Assembly (NCBI GenBank): GCA_964035545.1
Contig: OZ037768.1
Span: 2,698,741 to 2,762,740 of the forward strand
Origin: Bugula neritina
Lineage: Eukaryota > Animalia > Bryozoa
DNA: 64,000 nucleotides
Direction of reading: 5' to 3'
In this document: in pieces, positions 59,654 through 64,000 of the stretch
Layout of the letters: every line of letters starts with the position of its first letter
Numbering within the stretch: the stretch's first letter is position 1
Made by a program: the position numbers and the translations under genes
Notes under the pieces: generated by a model
What the model was told of the DNA's origin: nothing
Databases searched by the model: none
What the model saw: only the letters and a program-made list of their open reading frames with translations

Positions 59654-62600
59654 TTACGAAACTTTGTTAAGATTAGAAGAAAATCTCGCATAAATGACAA
59701 TCGTGTAAATGATGAAGATAAATGCAGCCATTCTATCAATTAGCATAGCAACTTGATACCATTCCTTCTCAAGTTGTCTTCTCTCGCTTGCCAGTCTCAT
59801 CTCCTCACTCAGGTACTGCAGAGAGCTCTAAAACACACTTGGAACTGTAGAAAACATGCAAATAGTCTCTGCGCGATACTCCTGTGTAGTAAGGACAACT
59901 CCTAACTATTTGGCACACAACTTTATTAACCAGACAATATAGTAGAAAGAGAAACCAGGGACGCTCAAAGCATAGATGGCATGGTACTGTCAGAAAAGGC
60001 CTCCAATCTTGTTCTCTTAACGAAGAGGACGCTTAGGATAAGGTTAGGTGGAGAAGCCTAATTGAGCTAGGCCTCCGGCAGCCACCCGGAGATGGTGCGA
60101 AAAAGAAAAAATAGTAAAAAAACTATGTGTGTGATACATGGATGTACTACATACAGATCTCCACTGCATACTATTCATTTATTTATATATCTAGTGTATG
60201 TATGTAGTTGCTGTCAGCATTGTTACATTTAAATAATCTTTGTGGCCATTACGTTCCATTGACTGTATGCTGGGGGAACTTACCTCAATTGAAGACTGCT
60301 GCTGCCGCTGGTCACCATGTTCTGATTGTTCATTGCTGACAATTGGGGCGGAGTCATGGTTGGCATCAAACTGGACATTTGGCACCATTTCCTGTAACCT
60401 CGTGAAGTCTCCCTTCGCATCGTTTCGACCAAAACAGCAAATTCTGCCAAACACAACGCTGAGAATCTGCAACAGAGGTTAGAGTTCAAAGCATGTGATG
60501 ACTATTCTATATACTTGTGCTGCATATCAATTGTAGATTTCCACTTCGCATGTGAAATAATGTTTAAGCATAAAAGATATGTGGTACAAGTTACAGTGTA
60601 GTGATACTAAAAACAGCAACAAATATACTGCAGCTGTTAGTTATCTCGCCTGTGCAACTCCCAACGCACTCAGTATTACATGCAGTTGAAAATTTATAAA
60701 ATTAATTTTCTTACAGAAATTAAATCACACGAAATTTGTAGTTAATTAAATGCAAAAAACATATTATCAATGTTTTTGTAGCATATATACGAGTAAATTT
60801 CCTAGTAAGATGCAAAGATGATGTCGAAAGAAATTGCTCGCATGACGGTGTCTTACCTTTCTCATAAAAGCTGGTACTCGACAAGACGTATGCTTCACGC
60901 TTGCCAGGGATGCCGTGGAAGCGCTTATGACGATACTGATCACTATCATAGTCAGCTGAGTGTCAAAAATCTTCACTGCAAGTAATTCAAATATTTTAGA
61001 TACAACTTTAATAATTAGTCTACATAAAAATTCTATTATAAGGTTAGCTGAATTTTAAAAAGGACACAAATGATCAAAATTTCAATCTTATTTTGCCAAA
61101 TGAGACAAATTTTATCAAAAACAATAAATTAACTGTTTTTCTACTTATTATCATGTGACTGGTTTTATATAACATGCTATAAAAGTTGAACCTTTGGGAC
61201 TATAATATTGATTAGATTTGCAATTGTAAAAATTGTGTTAACCAGCTTAATTCATGCCGCAGTCTTTAATAAATAATGCTGATATGCTATGAAACTACAT
61301 TTACATTTTATTTAGCCCAGGAACAACCTAGAACTTGGCCATAAAATTGTTTTGAAACTTACAGAGGAGAGGGACCTTATCTTCGGCAAATCCTCGTAGC
61401 TGCTGGTACAGCATCAAGTGCATAATTATTGATCCAACCAGCAATAGTCCAGCTGCAACACAACTAGTTCAGTCATTATATTACATAATAATATATTATA
61501 TAATATAATGTAATATATCATATAATGTATCATATAATCATACCATTTTACTCATAATAAATACACACACTCTCTAAGGAATTGAAATGTAGTCTATTAA
61601 CTGCTGTTGCAGGCTAAGTTATAGAGTTCATTCAACTACTTCACTTTTACCTGCATTTGTCTTTTGACTGCCAGTGGGTGGAATAAAATGAATGAACGGG
61701 AGAATTACGTTGATAGTGGCCGTAGGAATAAGGAAGATGTAGTAAAAGAAGGCAGCTTTCCGAACCAGGATCAGTTTCAGGTCAATCTAACAAGTTATCC
61801 AATCAGAGCTATATTATTCATAGTATGAGCATATTCCTCAACTGCACAATAGTAAAACATTATGACAGACAAGGTAGATTCTTATAGAATCAAGCTGTCA
61901 ACACTGAAATTATTGTGACTGCAAACTGGTTGATTTAAACCCAACTTAAACTATTTTTTTAATTTTTTCTAAATCCTACTACATGATGTAATCATTAAGG
62001 CGAGTAATTTAGTAAAACAGAAGAGTTTTAAATCAGCCTTTTCATTACAAACATTGAAGCATCAAGTTAATGCCACACAGTTCAACAGCTCTGGTCACGC
62101 TATAAGCTTTTATTCAAGCATCAGTTAAATATTGATTTATGCAGAGTAAACGCCCCTTACAGCTGCAGATGTGAAAGATTCTAACATGACATGAGAACAG
62201 TCTCAATATCTTTAAATATATAAGTCAGTTTTAATTCTTACATTTGCTAGATTTGAATTTAATAATTATTGTTTTTAGTACAATTTTACAAAGCAATTTT
62301 TAAGCACTAATTTTTACATTTTTGTCAATTCTTTCAACTATTTAGAATTTTTATTTCACTGTTACTGTGACTTTGTGACAGCTTTGTGACGCTAAAAACT
62401 AAAAAAATCAAGCATATACATGTAGTAAATCTAGAGAAAGTAAAGATCATAGACTATAGAGTATAGACTATAATGTATAGAGCATAGACTATTAGGTATA
62501 GAGTATAGACTATAGACTATAGCGTATAGACTATAAAGTATAAAGTATAAACTATAGAGTATAGAGTATAGATTATAGACTATAGAGTATAGACTACAGA

Positions 62601-63689
62601 GTATAGACTATAGAGTAGAGACTGTAGAGTATAGACTATAGAGTATAGACTATAGAGTATAGACTATAGAGTATAGACTATAGAGTATAGATAAGAAAGG
62701 CAGTACTCACTGACTGATATGTTTCAAGGCAGCACGAGTAGACCTGTGAGGTGCTGGTGATCAGAGAAGAGTTTATCGTCCAGTCTTTATGGTGAAAGTC
62801 AAAGGAAGTATCTACTAATCCAAAGTTTCGTCCCACAATATTAAGCTGTAATAAAAGATAAACGTGCTAGGATGTACCTTTTCTGATAGAACTGCTATAT
62901 AATATGTACATAGAAGACTCAAAAGGAAATTAAGTAAGTCAGGGGTTATCATTAGCAAACATCAGAACATAATTTCATAGTGCTTAGAGCACCAGACCAA
63001 CAACCTAGCCTCAGCAAATAGACAATATGATAGGATAGATGATAATTGCTATACTAGGATAATGCTTACAGAGATACCCAGCCTTACATCTTAAAAAGAC
63101 ATAGAAATATTCTAAAAAGACAACTCAATTTTTTACATGTAGATTAGCAACATTTCACAACACTTGATGGCACAGTACAATACTTGGCAGTACATTGTGC
63201 AGTACATTATACTACAGTACACCATCTGGAAGTAAATTTTACATTGCATTACTTGGCAATACTTCACACTACTTGGCAGTACATTATGCTACAATACATT
63301 ACATTACACTAAATTACTATACAGGACACTGCATTGCAACACAGCATATTACAGTCACTACAATGAAATTATACGCTGCAGTATTACACATTGCTCAATA
63401 AATCACATCACAATATATACTACACATTATACTATTTCTACTGTATTATTTAACTCTTAGCAAATATATTAACATAAGACTATTGAGGTGCGCTGAAATG
63501 CATACCTCTTGTTGGTGGTGCACCCAGGATCCAACTTTCAAGTGACAGATTTGTATATCATATGGAAAGTATTCCAGATCTACATCACAACGAAACCGAG
63601 CTCTCTTGGTTGGAACGTACACTACAGTTCCATCTGACGATATGACTACTTTTCTTCCTGTCTCATCTTCAACTAATCCCAATTCAGAG
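59654..63689 (-). CDS. Divergent nicotinic-acetylcholine-receptor-like subunit, alpha type (gene B); 5' exons lie beyond the window
   Basis: Exons (minus, approx.) 63689-63506 (Cys loop CDVDLEYFPYDIQIC, GSWVH), 62845-62711 (loop C YSCCLETY), 61786-61651 (M1), 61451-61362 (M2), 60975-60857 (M3), 60466-60283, 59827-59654 (EWYQVAMLIDR, M4, stop). Same intron positions and phases as gene A. Confidence 0.88.
59885..60125 (+). mobile_element. 5'-truncated, decayed RTE-type non-LTR retrotransposon 3' end in the last intron of receptor gene B
   Basis: Translates to RKRNQGRSKHRWHGTVRKGL...EEDA*DKVRWRSLI, resembling the RTE C-terminal motif (R.RGRP..RW.D.V..DL...A.DR..WR), followed by an A-rich tail. 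Confidence 0.65.
62449..62692. repeat. 14-bp (2x7) minisatellite GTATAGACTATAGA
   Basis: About 17 copies, ending about 18 bp from the donor of the loop-C exon. Confidence 0.92.
63168..63440. repeat. Degenerate 5-mer repeat (ACATT/ACACT/ACAGT)
   Basis: Direct observation. Confidence 0.7.
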
Positions 63690-64000
63690 CTGCAATTTTA
63701 CCCGCAAATATCTTTTTTTAGTAACACATTTTCCTGCTTGCTTTTATGTCAAATGTTCTGACGAAGCTTCTGGTGTAAAAATACTTTTAGTCTTAAATTT
63801 CATAATTAAGTATTTAGCCCAAGCTACTTGTTCAATCAGGAAAAAGTCACCTTTGTTATACAAATATAATGGTATATCTGCAATACGGTTTGTTAAATGC
63901 ACTAAAAGTATAAATAATATACTATATTGAAGCAAGATGCTATGCTATCCTTTCAAATTCATAGTCCTGCAATGTGATTGATCAATCCAGTATACTGTTG

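Overview
AT-rich, intron-dense metazoan genomic DNA with GT-AG introns (probably a lophotrochozoan invertebrate; this is inference). I assembled the exons by hand into seven host genes: an extended-synaptotagmin (+), a TP53INP/DOR autophagy adaptor (+), a thioredoxin + 3xNDK axonemal protein of the NME8/NME9 type (-), TAF5 (+), NDUFB3 (-), and two tandem divergent nicotinic-type Cys-loop receptor genes (-). One receptor is non-alpha and nearly complete; the other is alpha-type and runs off the window end. An intact Ty3/Gypsy (Mag-like) LTR retrotransposon with identical 196-bp LTRs sits in a (TA)n tract. That tract is the centre of a large inverted-repeat element inside one receptor intron. 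The most notable observations are: (1) tandem duplications repeatedly anchored on or straddling splice sites, creating arrays of decoy donors or acceptors; (2) duplicated, frame-incompatible and therefore mutually exclusive exons encoding two different thioredoxin active sites (WAGQC vs WAGKS); (3) an atypical alpha/non-alpha receptor pair with non-canonical pore residues; (4) candidate microexons and regulatory modules (CLEAR/FOXO, RFX/forkhead). Most short entries in the ORF track are artefacts of repeats. Exon boundaries were read by eye and may be off by a few bases.
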